Source: Candidatus Anoxychlamydiales bacterium
GTDB lineage: Bacteria > Chlamydiota > Chlamydiia > Chlamydiales > SM23-39
Length of the DNA stretch: 64,000 nt
Direction of reading: 5' to 3'
Assembly (NCBI GenBank): GCA_011065125.1
Contig: JAAKFI010000003.1
Location: forward strand, 13,435 to 77,434
The notes under the pieces are model-generated. The model saw only the letters and a program-made list of their open reading frames with translations, was not told where the DNA came from and searched no databases. Positions within the stretch are counted from its first letter, which is position 1. Each line of letters starts with the position of its first letter. Positions 46,709-56,159 of the stretch are shown one piece after another. A program made the position numbers and the translations under genes.

Positions 46709-47656
46709 ATGGAAATAGAAAAATTAGTAATAATAGGTTCAGGACCAGCTGCTTATACAGCAGCTATTTACGCTGCAAGGGCAAACTTAAATCCTATAAT
46801 GTTTGAAGGATTTATGTCAGGACCAATAGGTGGGCAATTAATGACAACTACAGATGTTGAAAATTTCCCAGGTTTCCCAAATGGTATCATAGGCCCAAAA
46901 CTTATGGAAAACATGAAAAATCAAGCAATGAAATTTCAAACAAGATGTTTAATTGAAGATGTTAAAAGTGTAAATTTTGATCAAAAGCCATATCTAATCC
47001 AAGGAACTAAAACAAAAGTTTTGACTCATAGTGTAATTATTGCAACTGGAGCTAATGCTAAAAGATTAAAAATTAAAGGTGCTAATGATAATGAATTTTG
47101 GCAAAAAGGAGTGACAGCTTGTGCTATATGTGATGGAGCAGCTCCTATTTTTAGAGATAAGCAACTATTTGTAATAGGTGGTGGGGATAGCGCAGTTGAA
47201 GAAGCTGTTTTTTTAACAAAATATGCATCCAAAGTTTTTATAGTTCATAGAAGAGATGAATTTAGAGCATCTAAAATAATGGCGAAAAGAGCGATTGATC
47301 ATCCAAAAATTGAAATTTTATACAATAGCGAGATAATTGAAATATTAGGCGATAATATTGTTAAACAAGTATTAATAATAAATAACAAATCGAATAAAAA
47401 AAAATCGTTTGAAGCTGGTGGTGTGTTTTTTGCTATAGGGCATACTCCAAATATTTCTTTTTTAAATAATCAATTAGAATTAGAAGATAATAATTATATC
47501 AAAGTAAAAAAAGGAACGACTCAGACTTTAAAAGAGGGGGTGTTTGCAGCAGGCGATGTGCAAGATCACATATATAGGCAAGCCATAACAGCTGCTGGAA
47601 CTGGTTGCATGGCTGCTTTAGAAGCTGAGAGATATCTAACAAATTTAGGTATTTAG
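46709..47656 (+). CDS. trxB: Thioredoxin reductase
   Basis: [12 protein letters not shown], redox centre [16 protein letters not shown]. Ends in TAG. Confidence 0.95.
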   Translation: MEIEKLVIIGSGPAAYTAAIYAARANLNPIMFEGFMSGPIGGQLMTTTDVENFPGFPNGIIGPKLMENMKNQAMKFQTRCLIEDVKSVNFDQKPYLIQGTKTKVLTHSVIIATGANAKRLKIKGANDNEFWQKGVTACAICDGAAPIFRDKQLFVIGGGDSAVEEAVFLTKYASKVFIVHRRDEFRASKIMAKRAIDHPKIEILYNSEIIEILGDNIVKQVLIINNKSNKKKSFEAGGVFFAIGHTPNISFLNNQLELEDNNYIKVKKGTTQTLKEGVFAAGDVQDHIYRQAITAAGTGCMAALEAERYLTNLGI

Positions 47657-47658
47657 TA

Positions 47659-48468
47659 ATGAAGAGAATAATCTTTTTGCTAACTTTAACATCGGCCGCT
47701 CTTTTTTCACTAGAAAAGGCTCCTTGGTTCAATGAAGTATATGAATTTCATTTAACAAGTAAATACACCTATTTTTTATACGATAAAGTAAATGGAGCAA
47801 TCGAACAATTAAATACAACTCAAAATAATCATCTTTTGTATTTTGATTTATCTTTTTCTCCTTCTATGCAGTGGAGTATAGATTCTGATTTGGAATTTAT
47901 TGAAACGCCAAGACAATCTTTTGGATTTAGATCGGTAGCTTTTCAACCGAGGTATTTATTAAGAGATGATATAATAGGAGATCCATTTTCTATAGCTATT
48001 GGTGCAAATTTTAGAGTAATATCCAATGATAGTTTAAAAGATGTATCAACTCTATATCATTCTCACGTAGACTTTGAGTTTAATTTAGCTATAGGTAAAG
48101 AATTTGCGCATCTTGAATATTGGAGATTTAGAGTGTGGGGAAATGGAGTTGTTGGTTTTGCAAATAATAGCTCTCCATGGCTTAGAGCTAAAGTAGCTAT
48201 TGAAGGTAATTCAAATGAAAAAAGAAAATGGGCTTTATTTACAGAGATAATGCATGGTTATGGGAAAGAAAATACTATTGATATTGAAAACTTTAATGGG
48301 TACGCCAAAATAAGACAAAAATCTATAGATTTAGGATTTAATATAGGTCATAAATTATCAGTACTTGGAACTTTAAGATTCGAATATAAAAGAAGACTTT
48401 TAGCAAAATTATGTCCTGAAAAAGTAAATTTCTTCTCTGTTGAATATCTTCTTCCATTTTCTTTTTAA
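47659..48468 (+). CDS. Hypothetical outer-membrane beta-barrel protein
   Basis: Signal peptide MKRIIFLLTLTSAALFS. Alternating-hydrophobicity strands. C-terminal ...YLLPFSF has the aromatic terminal signature of OMPs. Starts 2 nt after the trxB stop. Confidence 0.6.
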   Translation: MKRIIFLLTLTSAALFSLEKAPWFNEVYEFHLTSKYTYFLYDKVNGAIEQLNTTQNNHLLYFDLSFSPSMQWSIDSDLEFIETPRQSFGFRSVAFQPRYLLRDDIIGDPFSIAIGANFRVISNDSLKDVSTLYHSHVDFEFNLAIGKEFAHLEYWRFRVWGNGVVGFANNSSPWLRAKVAIEGNSNEKRKWALFTEIMHGYGKENTIDIENFNGYAKIRQKSIDLGFNIGHKLSVLGTLRFEYKRRLLAKLCPEKVNFFSVEYLLPFSF

Positions 48469-48527
48469 ATTTTTGCTTTTTTAAAAAAAAAGCATTCTGT
48501 AAAATAGTCAAAAAAAAATTAAAATAA

Positions 48528-48824
48528 ATGGGCATTTTAATAATTGCAAATTCATCTAATGTATTTAAACCTATTAATCCCAAAGATGAAGAAAATGATT
48601 CTTATGCGCAATTAGATAAAATTTTACAAGTTGTTAAAAATTTACAAACTACGCATTTTAAAGCAAATATAGTTTTAGAAAATTTATATTTGAGGGTTTT
48701 TCCTTTAAAATTTTCAATTGGATATTCAAGGGATGAAAAATTAACGATTGATAATGTTGATATAAAGTTTGAACATATTTTATTCGAATTATATGAATTT
48801 TCAAAAATAGAAAGTGATGCATAG
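48528..48824 (+). CDS. Hypothetical protein (weak)
   Basis: 98-aa ORF with no Shine-Dalgarno and no recognisable family. Confidence 0.35.
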   Translation: MGILIIANSSNVFKPINPKDEENDSYAQLDKILQVVKNLQTTHFKANIVLENLYLRVFPLKFSIGYSRDEKLTIDNVDIKFEHILFELYEFSKIESDA

Positions 48825-48826
48825 TT

Positions 48827-49198
48827 TTATTTTTCACATATTGCAAATGCAATAGCACTATCTTTACTATGCGAAATACTTAAATGAATACTTGGATTAT
48901 TAAAACTATTTTTTATTTTATCGGATAAAAAAACTTCAGGTTTTCCTTCGCTATTATTAATTACTTCTATATCTAAAAAAGATAAATTTTTTCCAAAACC
49001 AATGCCAAGGGCTTTTGCAATGGCTTCTTTAGCTGCAAATCTAGCAGCTAAATGAGGAATATAATCTTTATATTTTTTAGAATATTCTATTTCATTTTGA
49101 GTAAATATCTTATCAAGAAAAGCATTTCCTTTTCTCGATAAGATATCTTCAAATCTCTTGATTTCTAAAATGTCGCAACCGATACCATTAATATTCAT
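48827..49198 (-). CDS. acpS: Holo-ACP synthase
   Basis: MNINGIGCDILEIKRF...FAAKEAIAKALG is the AcpS signature. Candidate starts at 49198, 49204 and 49210 all lie inside the last codons of the upstream PIN/TRAM gene. Confidence 0.85.
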   Translation of the reverse strand: MNINGIGCDILEIKRFEDILSRKGNAFLDKIFTQNEIEYSKKYKDYIPHLAARFAAKEAIAKALGIGFGKNLSFLDIEVINNSEGKPEVFLSDKIKNSFNNPSIHLSISHSKDSAIAFAICEK

Positions 49199-50255
49199 TT
49201 TCATCTTCATATTCTGTGTATTCTTCTCCATCTATTGCATTACAAAATATCATTCTACCAGATGATGTGTGTTTAACAGACAAAACTTGTACTTCTATAA
49301 TTTCACCGATGAAATCTCCACCACCATTTACTACAACCATTGTACCATCTTCTAAATAACCGACACCTTGCCTAGGTTCTTTTCCATATCTTTGGATTTT
49401 TATTGTAATATGCTCGCCTGCTTGCATTAATGGTTTTAATGCATTAGATAAAGTATGCAAATTAATTATTCTAATCTCTTCTATAGCAGAAGTTTCAACT
49501 TTTGATAAATCAGATGTTAAAACATTTGCATCTAAAAGTCTTGCCAGTCTAATTATTTTTGAACCAAGATCTTTGATTTCAGGAAAGTCAGTATCGTTAA
49601 ATCGAAGGCTTAAAGAAGGTAGTTCTTCTAATTTTTTTAAAGTATCTAAACATTTTTTAGCTTTTGCTTTTGTGGTTTCGTCACCCATTTCAGCTTGTGC
49701 ATAAAGTTCTTTAATAATGAATCTTGGAATAACAAGATGATGATCTAATATTGAAGATGCCGCTAAGTCAATTATTCTAGCATCAGTAAATACAGATCCA
49801 TCTACTACTATATCTTTTTTCTTTTGTGATATTTGTGAAAATTTAACAAAAGGTATTGAAATATATAATTCATCGGATGCTTTAAGAGTCATTATGGTTC
49901 CTAAATACAAACCAAATAAAAATAAAATTATTTTTATAATTTCAATGCCTTGGGGTGAAATTATAAATGACGCTTGTGATATGTCTAAAATAGTTTTTAA
50001 AATTAATACTAAAGCTTGCCCCATTAAGTACCCAATAAAAAGGCCTACTACTGCAATATTAAAAGATCTTAAATTAAATTTTCGAAATAATATATCAAAT
50101 CCATATAATATAAATGCAAACACAGCTCCAATTACAACGCCTATGAAAGCATTGATTTTCACATCTCCAATAGTGATTCCAATCATATATGTGGTTATAA
50201 AAAATACACTTAAAATAAAAAATAAAACTCTGGTAAACATTAAGGGTAAATTCAT
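49188..50255 (-). CDS. Membrane-anchored PIN/TRAM domain protein (YacL-like)
   Basis: Four N-terminal TM helices, a PIN-like VVDGSVFTDARIIDL, and a C-terminal TRAM barrel (GTMVVVNGGGDFIGEIIEVQVLSV). Confidence 0.8.
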   Translation of the reverse strand: MNLPLMFTRVLFFILSVFFITTYMIGITIGDVKINAFIGVVIGAVFAFILYGFDILFRKFNLRSFNIAVVGLFIGYLMGQALVLILKTILDISQASFIISPQGIEIIKIILFLFGLYLGTIMTLKASDELYISIPFVKFSQISQKKKDIVVDGSVFTDARIIDLAASSILDHHLVIPRFIIKELYAQAEMGDETTKAKAKKCLDTLKKLEELPSLSLRFNDTDFPEIKDLGSKIIRLARLLDANVLTSDLSKVETSAIEEIRIINLHTLSNALKPLMQAGEHITIKIQRYGKEPRQGVGYLEDGTMVVVNGGGDFIGEIIEVQVLSVKHTSSGRMIFCNAIDGEEYTEYEDENEY

Positions 50256-50351
50256 GAACTTATTCTCCTAAATATAATATTTTTTTTATAAAATTAATAA
50301 ATATTTTAAATTGTAGAAATAATATTATTTTTTGTCGATATAAGATGCTTT

Positions 50352-50777
50352 TTATTTATGATATTTACTATTTTTATTAATTTGAATAGCTCTATATAAC
50401 TGCTCTATTAAAATAAGTCTGGTGATTTGATGTGTGAAGGTAAGTTTACTTAAAGAGAGTAAAAAAGAGGCGTTTTCTCTTATTTTTTTAGTTAGTCCAA
50501 TGTCTGATCCTATTACAAAAGAGATATTACTTTTATTATTTTGAAAAAAAGAAAATATTTTTTTTGAAAATTCTAAACTTGTTAAATTTAGTGAATGTTC
50601 GTCTAAACAAATGTAAAATTTAGTTTTTTCAAGCTCTTTTTCCAAAGAGATTAAATCTTTTTTTATTACATAATTAAATTCAATATCAGATGAAAGTCTT
50701 TTTTCATATTCATTTATTGCTTGAGAAAGCCAGCTTTCTTTTGTTTTTCCTACCAGATAAATTGTAATTTTTAACAT
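50352..50777 (-). CDS. rlmH: 23S rRNA (pseudouridine1915-N3)-methyltransferase RlmH (SPOUT)
   Basis: 141 aa. C-terminal LTFTHQITRLILIEQLYRAIQI...KYHK is typical of RlmH. Confidence 0.85.
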   Translation of the reverse strand: MLKITIYLVGKTKESWLSQAINEYEKRLSSDIEFNYVIKKDLISLEKELEKTKFYICLDEHSLNLTSLEFSKKIFSFFQNNKSNISFVIGSDIGLTKKIRENASFLLSLSKLTFTHQITRLILIEQLYRAIQINKNSKYHK

Positions 50778-50808
50778 AATTTTATATTATATTATTTTTG
50801 GTGTTTTT

Positions 50809-51864
50809 ATGTTTAATTATATTTATTGGGATCCTAAAAAAGAAATTTTTACTATACCTATTATAAACTATCCAATCGTTTGGTATAGTCTATTTTTTTT
50901 AATAGGTTTTATAATAGGGTATTACATCTTTGTTTTTATTTTAAAAAAATATTTTTTAAATTTTCCGATACTATTTGAAAAAGATATTATTTCTAATGAA
51001 AGGTTACTAAAAGATCTAAAAAATCCTCAAAATTACAAACAAAAAAATATATCTGATAAAATAAAAGTAACTAAAAAAAATATTTTAACTTCTTTAAATA
51101 AGTTTATAAATGGAGATATAAAAAATAGAATTTCTATAGAAAAGGCTTTTACAAAAAGCATTTTATCTATGAAAAAAAAAGCTATTTTAATAACTGATAA
51201 ATTAACAATATTTGTAGTTATTGCAACAATATTAGGAGCAAGACTTGGACATATTTTATTTTATGAAAATCCAAGTTATTATTTGAATAATCCATCAATC
51301 ATTTTTGATATTAGACATGGTTTAAGTGGACTTTCATCTCATGGAGCTGCAATTGCTATTTTAATTGCTTTATATTTATTTAAAATAGCTATAAAAAATT
51401 ATAAGCCAAAAATTTCTTATCTGCACTTACTGGATTTTATAGCAGTTCCTACAGCTCTTTGTGGTTTTTTTATAAGAATTGGAAATTTCTTCAACCAAGA
51501 GATTTTAGGAACACCTACAAATAAATTTTGGGGAGTAATATTTGCTCATCCAGCAGATTTGGGGCCGATAATTCCAAGGCATCCAGTGCAGTTATATGAA
51601 GCTTTTTTCTATCTTTTAACATTTCTTATATTGGTTTTTTTAAGTTATAAAAAATATTTTTTATTAAGAGACGGGAAATTAATTTCTGTTTTTTTAATTT
51701 TTGTTTTTGGATTTAGATTTTTTATAGAATTTTTTAAAGTTAAACAATCAGATATTATTTCAGATGCAAGTTTTTTATTGATGGGACAGTATTTGTCTAT
51801 TCCATTTATTGTAATAGGTATTTTATTTTTTATTTGGGATTATTTATTTAAAAGAACTTCTTGA
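50809..51864 (+). CDS. lgt: Prolipoprotein diacylglyceryl transferase with an ~80-aa insertion after TM1
   Basis: GARLGHILFY, RIGNFFNQEILGTPT..FWGVIF, and HPVQLYEAFFY. Confidence 0.85.
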   Translation: MFNYIYWDPKKEIFTIPIINYPIVWYSLFFLIGFIIGYYIFVFILKKYFLNFPILFEKDIISNERLLKDLKNPQNYKQKNISDKIKVTKKNILTSLNKFINGDIKNRISIEKAFTKSILSMKKKAILITDKLTIFVVIATILGARLGHILFYENPSYYLNNPSIIFDIRHGLSGLSSHGAAIAILIALYLFKIAIKNYKPKISYLHLLDFIAVPTALCGFFIRIGNFFNQEILGTPTNKFWGVIFAHPADLGPIIPRHPVQLYEAFFYLLTFLILVFLSYKKYFLLRDGKLISVFLIFVFGFRFFIEFFKVKQSDIISDASFLLMGQYLSIPFIVIGILFFIWDYLFKRTS

Positions 51865-51924
51865 AATAACTATATATTTATATTAGAATAAACTTAATTA
51901 TTCATTTATCAAAAGGAGAATAAT

Positions 51925-52377
51925 ATGAACAGTATGCATATTGCAGGACATTTAGGTGCAGATCCTGAAATTAGATTTATATCTAGTGGACAAAAAGTAA
52001 CTACTTTAAGAGTTGCTACCAAAACTAGAAAATCTGGTAATGATGATACTATTTGGTATAGAGTAACTGTTTGGGGAGAACAATTTGATAAAATGATGCA
52101 ATTTTTCAAAAAAGGAAGTGCGATAATTGTTTTAGGGGAATTAAATAAACCAGAGATTTATACAGATAAAAGTGGTAATCCTCAAATTTCACTTAATGTA
52201 ACAGGATATCATTTGATGTTTCCTCCATTTGGTAAAAATGATAAAACATCTGAAAATACAACTCAAAACACACAAAATCAAACAAATAATAACCAAGAGC
52301 ATGCAGGTATTGCTCAAGGATCTAAAAGTTTAGACAATAATCAATCATCTAATTTTGATAATGAAATTCCATTTTAA
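51925..52377 (+). CDS. ssb: Single-stranded DNA-binding protein
   Basis: OB fold (HIAGHLGADPEIRF...WYRVTVWG). Asn/Gln-rich linker and an acidic tip DNEIPF. AAGGAG upstream. Confidence 0.93.
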   Translation: MNSMHIAGHLGADPEIRFISSGQKVTTLRVATKTRKSGNDDTIWYRVTVWGEQFDKMMQFFKKGSAIIVLGELNKPEIYTDKSGNPQISLNVTGYHLMFPPFGKNDKTSENTTQNTQNQTNNNQEHAGIAQGSKSLDNNQSSNFDNEIPF

Positions 52378-52386
52378 GGATGTTTT

Positions 52387-53862
52387 ATGAAAATAACTAT
52401 TCAAACAAATAAAAACTTAAGAAAAAAAGCAGATTTTTTAATTTTGTCTTTTTCTTATACATCTAAAAAAACTAAGCCTTTATTTAAAGGAGATTCTTTT
52501 AAATCTATTATCAAAGAACCTATAAACACAAAAGATTTTTTAGGGAAAGCTAAGGATATTTCTTTAGTTTATTCATCTAAAAACAAAGAAAAAAGAGTTT
52601 TGCTTTTAGGGCTTGGGTCAGAAAAAGAGTTAAATGAATATAATTTATGTGAAGCTTATGCATCTGCCATTTCTTTTTTAAAAAATAAAAAAGCAAGCAG
52701 CGTAAATATTATTATTCCTAATATTGATATGGAAAAAGATGTTTTAGTTAAAGGAGTTGTAGAAGCTATATATTTAGCAAATTACAATTTTGATAAGTAT
52801 AAGTTTGTAACTAAAAAAAATCTTTTTTCTATTAAGGAAGTTTGTTTAATTGGACTTGAAAAAAGGGATAATCACCTAGTAAAGAAAGCATCAATAATAT
52901 CTCAAGGTGTTAATTTAACAAGGGATTTAGTTAATACTAATGCTGATGATGAAACTCCACAAACATTAGCTAAATTAGCTAAGGATTTTGAGAAAATATC
53001 AAATAAAGTAAAAGTTGAAGTATTTGATAAAAAAAGAATTGAAAAAGAGAATATGAATCTTTTACTTGCCGTGAATAAAGGCTCTAATAAAGATCCTGTA
53101 TTTATTATTGTAAAATATAAAGGCGATCCATCATCTAAAGATTCAAGTGTTATAATTGGTAAAGGTATTACATATGATACAGGAGGCCTTAGCTTAAAGC
53201 CTTCAACTTCTATGGATACTATGAAATCTGATATGTCAGGTGGAGCGAGCATATTAGGATCAATTTATGCTATTATAAAACTTAATCTAAAAGTAAATGT
53301 AACAGCAATTGTACCAGCTACAGAAAATGCTATAGGCCCAAAAAGTTATAAACCGGGTGATGTATATGTGTCTGCTTGCAATAGAAGTGTTGAAGTAAAA
53401 AATACAGATGCTGAAGGTAGATTAATTTTAGCTGAAGCTCTCTCTTATGCATCCCACAAAATTAAACCAAATAGAGTAATTGATTTAGCTTCTTTAACTG
53501 GCGCATGTGTTGTAGCTCTAGGAGAAGAAATATCAGCTTTATTTTCAAATGATAGAACATTAGCAAAGCAATTAATTAAGGCTTCTAATAAAACAGGGGA
53601 TCATCTTTGGAGATTGCCACTGTTTCCTGAATATAAAAAATTATTGAAATCAGAAATAGCAGATATTTCAAATGTAGGGGGACGTGGAGCTGGAACAATA
53701 ACAGCGGCTCTTTTTCTTCAAGAATTTGTTGATAAAGTATCTTGGGCTCATATTGATATAGCAGGCCCTGCTTTTAAATCGACTCTATCTGCTTTGCATC
53801 CAACTTATGCAACAGGAGCAGGCGTTAGACTCCTTGTTAATTTTTTTGAAAATTTAAAATAA
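52387..53862 (+). CDS. pepA: Leucyl aminopeptidase (M17)
   Basis: GKGITYDTGG, NTDAEGRL. The ssb-pepA adjacency matches Chlamydia. Confidence 0.93.
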   Translation: MKITIQTNKNLRKKADFLILSFSYTSKKTKPLFKGDSFKSIIKEPINTKDFLGKAKDISLVYSSKNKEKRVLLLGLGSEKELNEYNLCEAYASAISFLKNKKASSVNIIIPNIDMEKDVLVKGVVEAIYLANYNFDKYKFVTKKNLFSIKEVCLIGLEKRDNHLVKKASIISQGVNLTRDLVNTNADDETPQTLAKLAKDFEKISNKVKVEVFDKKRIEKENMNLLLAVNKGSNKDPVFIIVKYKGDPSSKDSSVIIGKGITYDTGGLSLKPSTSMDTMKSDMSGGASILGSIYAIIKLNLKVNVTAIVPATENAIGPKSYKPGDVYVSACNRSVEVKNTDAEGRLILAEALSYASHKIKPNRVIDLASLTGACVVALGEEISALFSNDRTLAKQLIKASNKTGDHLWRLPLFPEYKKLLKSEIADISNVGGRGAGTITAALFLQEFVDKVSWAHIDIAGPAFKSTLSALHPTYATGAGVRLLVNFFENLK

Positions 53863-53866
53863 AAGT

Positions 53867-54742
53867 ATGAAAAAAAACTATCTTACCTTTTTTATTAATA
53901 AAGATAAAAAAGGTGAGATGCTTCAAACTTTTTTAAGAAAAAATTTAAAAGAATCTTTAACTTTAAAAACAACAAAACAAATATTAGAAAAGGGTTTTGT
54001 ATATGTTAATGATAAAATTGAAAGATATGGCTCTTATAAACTAAAAGCAAATGATAAAATTAAAGTTTTTAAAAACTATCAAGACTTATTAATCAAAAAA
54101 ACCTTAAAAAAAATTAATATATTATTTGAAGATGAATATTTTTTAGTAATTGATAAACCCATAAATTTTATTTGTACTGATAAAAACATTCATAATTTTT
54201 TTAAAAAAAAATATACGTTAATTCATAGACTGGATAAAGATACAACAGGATGTTTGCTAATTGCTAAAAATAAAAAAGTAAAAGAAAAATTTATCGATCT
54301 TTTTAAAAATCATAAAATAGATAAGGACTACATAGCAATAGTAGATAAGATTTTAAAAAGAGATGAATTGAAAATAGAGAAAAAAATAGATCTTTTAAAA
54401 AAAATAAATAATCAAAGTAAATATAAAGTTTCAAATAGTGGTAAATATGCCTTAACAATAGTTAAAGTTCTAAAAAGATATACAGATAGAACTTTAGTGT
54501 TATTAAAGCCAATTACAGGTAGAACTCATCAGATAAGAGTTCATTTAAATTATATAAAGCATCCAATTTTAGCAGATACTTTATATGCTAAAAGTTTTTT
54601 TTCAAAAAGAATAGCTAATAGATTAATGCTGCATTCTTATAAAATATCTTTTTTGCATCCTTATACACATAAAAAAATTTTGGTTTCATCAAAACCTTTA
54701 AAGGACATAATTGAAATATGTCCACATGCAAAAGATCTTTAA
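53867..54742 (+). CDS. RluA/RluD-family pseudouridine synthase
   Basis: S4-like N-terminus. Catalytic HRLDKDTTGCLL, and GRTHQIRVHL. Confidence 0.88.
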   Translation: MKKNYLTFFINKDKKGEMLQTFLRKNLKESLTLKTTKQILEKGFVYVNDKIERYGSYKLKANDKIKVFKNYQDLLIKKTLKKINILFEDEYFLVIDKPINFICTDKNIHNFFKKKYTLIHRLDKDTTGCLLIAKNKKVKEKFIDLFKNHKIDKDYIAIVDKILKRDELKIEKKIDLLKKINNQSKYKVSNSGKYALTIVKVLKRYTDRTLVLLKPITGRTHQIRVHLNYIKHPILADTLYAKSFFSKRIANRLMLHSYKISFLHPYTHKKILVSSKPLKDIIEICPHAKDL

Positions 54743-54786
54743 TTACAATTTGATTTATTTTAAAATTTATAGAAAAAGGAAAGATT

Positions 54787-55845
54787 TTGAAAGTTTTAAT
54801 AGTAAAGGCTTCATCACTTGGCGATATTATTCAAACCTTAGTTGCTGTTGATTATTTAAAAAATAGAAAGGATGTTTTAGGAATTGATTGGGCTATTGAT
54901 GAATCTTATAGAGATTTAATAAATTCTTTAGAAATTATAGATAATGCTCATATCTTTAATTTTAAAAAACTTAAAAGAATATATAAATTAAAAAACATAA
55001 TAGATTTTTTTAAATTTATAAAAAAATTAAGAAAAAATAAATATGATGTAGTATTTGATCTTCAAGGTAATATTAAATCAGCTTTGGTTACTTTTTTATC
55101 TAAAGCAAAAGATAAGGTAGGTTTTTCCAAAAAACATGCTAGAGAAAAGTTGAATGTATTATCTACAAATATTCATTTTGATGTTAAAAAAGATATAAAT
55201 ATTAGATTGCAATATTTATCTATTGTCAAAAGGTATTTTAAAGATATTTCAGCTATTAAACTTTCTAAGTCAATAAACCTAAAGTTAAACGAAATAGAAA
55301 AAAACAAAGTAGATAGTATTTCAAATAATAAAAAACTCAATTCTGATTTGAAAATAATGATTTGTCCGGGATCAAGATGGGAAAATAAGATGTTGTCTTT
55401 AAATACTTTAAAACATTTTTTAAACCTTCTAAATGAAAACTTAAATGTGTCTTTTTTATTTGTTTGGGGAAGTGAGATAGAAAAACAGATATCTTCTAAT
55501 TTAAATAAAATATTTATAAATAATTCTATAATAATAGATAAAATTAATATTCCAATTTGGCATGGATTAATGAATAAAATGGATCTTGTAGTTGCTATGG
55601 ATTCAGCATCACTTCATTTAAGTTCGATTGCAGATGTTAAAAGCTATGGAATCTTTGGTCCAACTCTTGCAAATGTTTTAAAACCAATTGGATCGGATCA
55701 TTTAGCCTATCAAGGAATTTGTCCATATAACTATAAATTTCAACAATTTTGTCCAATTCTTAGATCTTGTAATACAGGAGCTTGCATCAAACAAATTAAA
55801 TATAGAGATTTATATAATAATTTGATTAATTTTTTAAAAAAGTAA
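54787..55845 (+). CDS. Glycosyltransferase family 9 (LPS heptosyltransferase-like)
   Basis: MKVLIVKASSLGDIIQTL has the GT9 N-terminal signature. C-terminal MDSASLHLS... TTG start with AAGGAAAG upstream. Confidence 0.7.
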   Translation: MKVLIVKASSLGDIIQTLVAVDYLKNRKDVLGIDWAIDESYRDLINSLEIIDNAHIFNFKKLKRIYKLKNIIDFFKFIKKLRKNKYDVVFDLQGNIKSALVTFLSKAKDKVGFSKKHAREKLNVLSTNIHFDVKKDINIRLQYLSIVKRYFKDISAIKLSKSINLKLNEIEKNKVDSISNNKKLNSDLKIMICPGSRWENKMLSLNTLKHFLNLLNENLNVSFLFVWGSEIEKQISSNLNKIFINNSIIIDKINIPIWHGLMNKMDLVVAMDSASLHLSSIADVKSYGIFGPTLANVLKPIGSDHLAYQGICPYNYKFQQFCPILRSCNTGACIKQIKYRDLYNNLINFLKK

Positions 55846-55965
55846 ATTATCTCAAAAATAGCTTGAATCATAATTATAATTATAATAATTAATAAATAAA
55901 GAAAGAGAGTAAAAAGCTCTATTGCTTTATTTTGTTTTAAAACAAGAGATTTTAGGGAGAAAAAA

Positions 55966-56130
55966 ATGAAAAAATTATTACTTTTAATAATTCTTGGTGT
56001 ATTTACTTTAGGATTAAGTTCTTGCGAATACCAAAAGGATGGTCAAAAAAATGATCATAAAAGATTTAATCATAAAAAACAGTGTTACAAAAATCATTAC
56101 AAAGCTAAAAGACATCAAAGAAGATATTAA
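55966..56130 (+). CDS. Small, highly basic lipoprotein (54 aa; below the ORF-track cut-off)
   Basis: MKKLLLLIILGVFTLGLSSC has a lipobox (LSSC), followed by a His/Lys/Arg-rich tail. GGGAGA lies 8 nt upstream and a perfect terminator follows. Confidence 0.6.
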   Translation: MKKLLLLIILGVFTLGLSSCEYQKDGQKNDHKRFNHKKQCYKNHYKAKRHQRRY

Positions 56131-56136
56131 TTTATA

Positions 56137-56159
56137 AGAGCGCTAATTTTTAGCGCTCT
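56137..56159. terminator. Bidirectional intrinsic terminator
   Basis: Perfect 9-bp stem agagcgcta / tagcgctct with loop atttt, followed by a T run. It overlaps the stop of the convergent 961-aa gene. Confidence 0.8.

Noticed and set aside
48338-48858. Minus-strand ORFs 48338-48583 and 48658-48858, and similar antisense ORFs at 2755, 15948, 19129, 21852, 32110, 33625, 36336, 42926, 47026, 47499, 49894, 51909, 52902, 58121, 61644 and 63254
   Set aside because: All overlap better-supported genes on the opposite strand and have no motifs. I treat them as AT-bias artefacts.
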